From an uncultured Candidatus Saccharibacteria bacterium (lineage in GTDB: Bacteria > Patescibacteriota > Saccharimonadia > Saccharimonadales > Saccharimonadaceae): 64,000 nt of DNA. Below, piece after piece: positions 63,880-64,000 of this stretch. Under the pieces are notes generated by a model. It was not told the DNA's origin, ran no database searches, and worked only from the letters and a program-made list of their open reading frames with translations. Positions within the stretch are counted from its first letter, which is position 1, and each line of letters begins with the position of its first letter. Location: the NCBI GenBank assembly GCA_964462335.1, contig CAYWYG010000001.1, forward strand, positions 9,903 through 73,902. The letters are read 5' to 3'. The position numbers and the translations under genes are program-made.

Positions 63880-64000
63880 CTACTTCGCCTCCTTGAGTGC
63901 TGCCTCGATAAGACGTTTGTCGGTCGCGCTGTCCATCTTTTCGCGCAAAATCTTCTCGGTCGCATCAGTCACAAGACCAAGCATCTCACGACGAAGTGCG
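63880..64000 (-). CDS. atpF: Fo ATP synthase subunit b, C-terminal 39 codons; gene continues beyond the window
   Basis: Reverse translation reads ...ALRREMLGLVTDATEKILREKMDSATDKRLIEAALKEAK*. Helical and charged, immediately upstream of atpH. Confidence 0.6.
   Translation of the reverse strand, partial: ALRREMLGLVTDATEKILREKMDSATDKRLIEAALKEAK

Overview
This is a gene-dense 64-kb bacterial chromosome segment with roughly 65 protein genes and 3 intact tRNAs: Trp-CCA, Gln-TTG and an atypical Arg-TCT.

**Core content, in order:**
- NDH-2 (truncated at the window start) and a cytochrome bo3-type quinol oxidase operon, cyoABCDE.
- A MurE-like ligase beside an aspartate-to-2,4-diaminobutyrate gene set: aspartate kinase, asd and an EctB-type transaminase.
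- An orphan sensor kinase.
- A fragmented secE-nusG / rplK / rplA / rplJ-rplL region.
- A thymidylate operon (thyA, dCMP deaminase, folA, plus a kinase, a nucleotidyltransferase and a HIT protein), with dut nearby.
- dnaX-dnaB, ybaB-recR and nrnA-cysS.
- Two ABC-2 exporters, GT-C type membrane glycosyltransferases, PAP2 and LemA/TPM.
- An accessory stretch at about 47.4-57.1 kb.
- The F1 half of the ATP synthase operon (atpF'-H-A-G-D-C), running off the window end.

**Likely origin.** The gene repertoire and style resemble a Patescibacteria/CPR genome, probably Saccharibacteria. The basis is a salvage-type metabolism, many short unknown ORFs, and 'four-helix-bundle / 23S rRNA IVS protein' genes inside operons. 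This is inference only; no search was possible.

**Most unusual signals:**
1. Genes are bracketed by inverted low-complexity heptamer-array repeats. These are two four-helix-bundle genes (inside atpD-atpC and ybaB-recR) and dut. An 'empty' repeat pair sits in the rplJ-rplL spacer, and a solo arm also occurs. The arrangement resembles rRNA intervening sequences (IVS) transplanted into mRNA operons.
2. Two extra small acidic ORFs are translationally coupled inside atpA-atpG-atpD.
3. The tRNA-Gln locus has a 5' tRNA-derived copy carrying two insertions and a 3' relic.
4. The accessory region holds visibly GC-rich islets, orphan promoter/terminator-delimited small RNAs or micro-ORFs, about 0.7 kb of densely structured non-coding DNA, a Cys-rich mini-protein, and a single-chain helicase-nuclease.
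5. Extended -10 promoters sit 6-10 nt before start codons, implying leaderless mRNAs.

All coordinates of small elements were read by eye and may be off by 1-2 nt.
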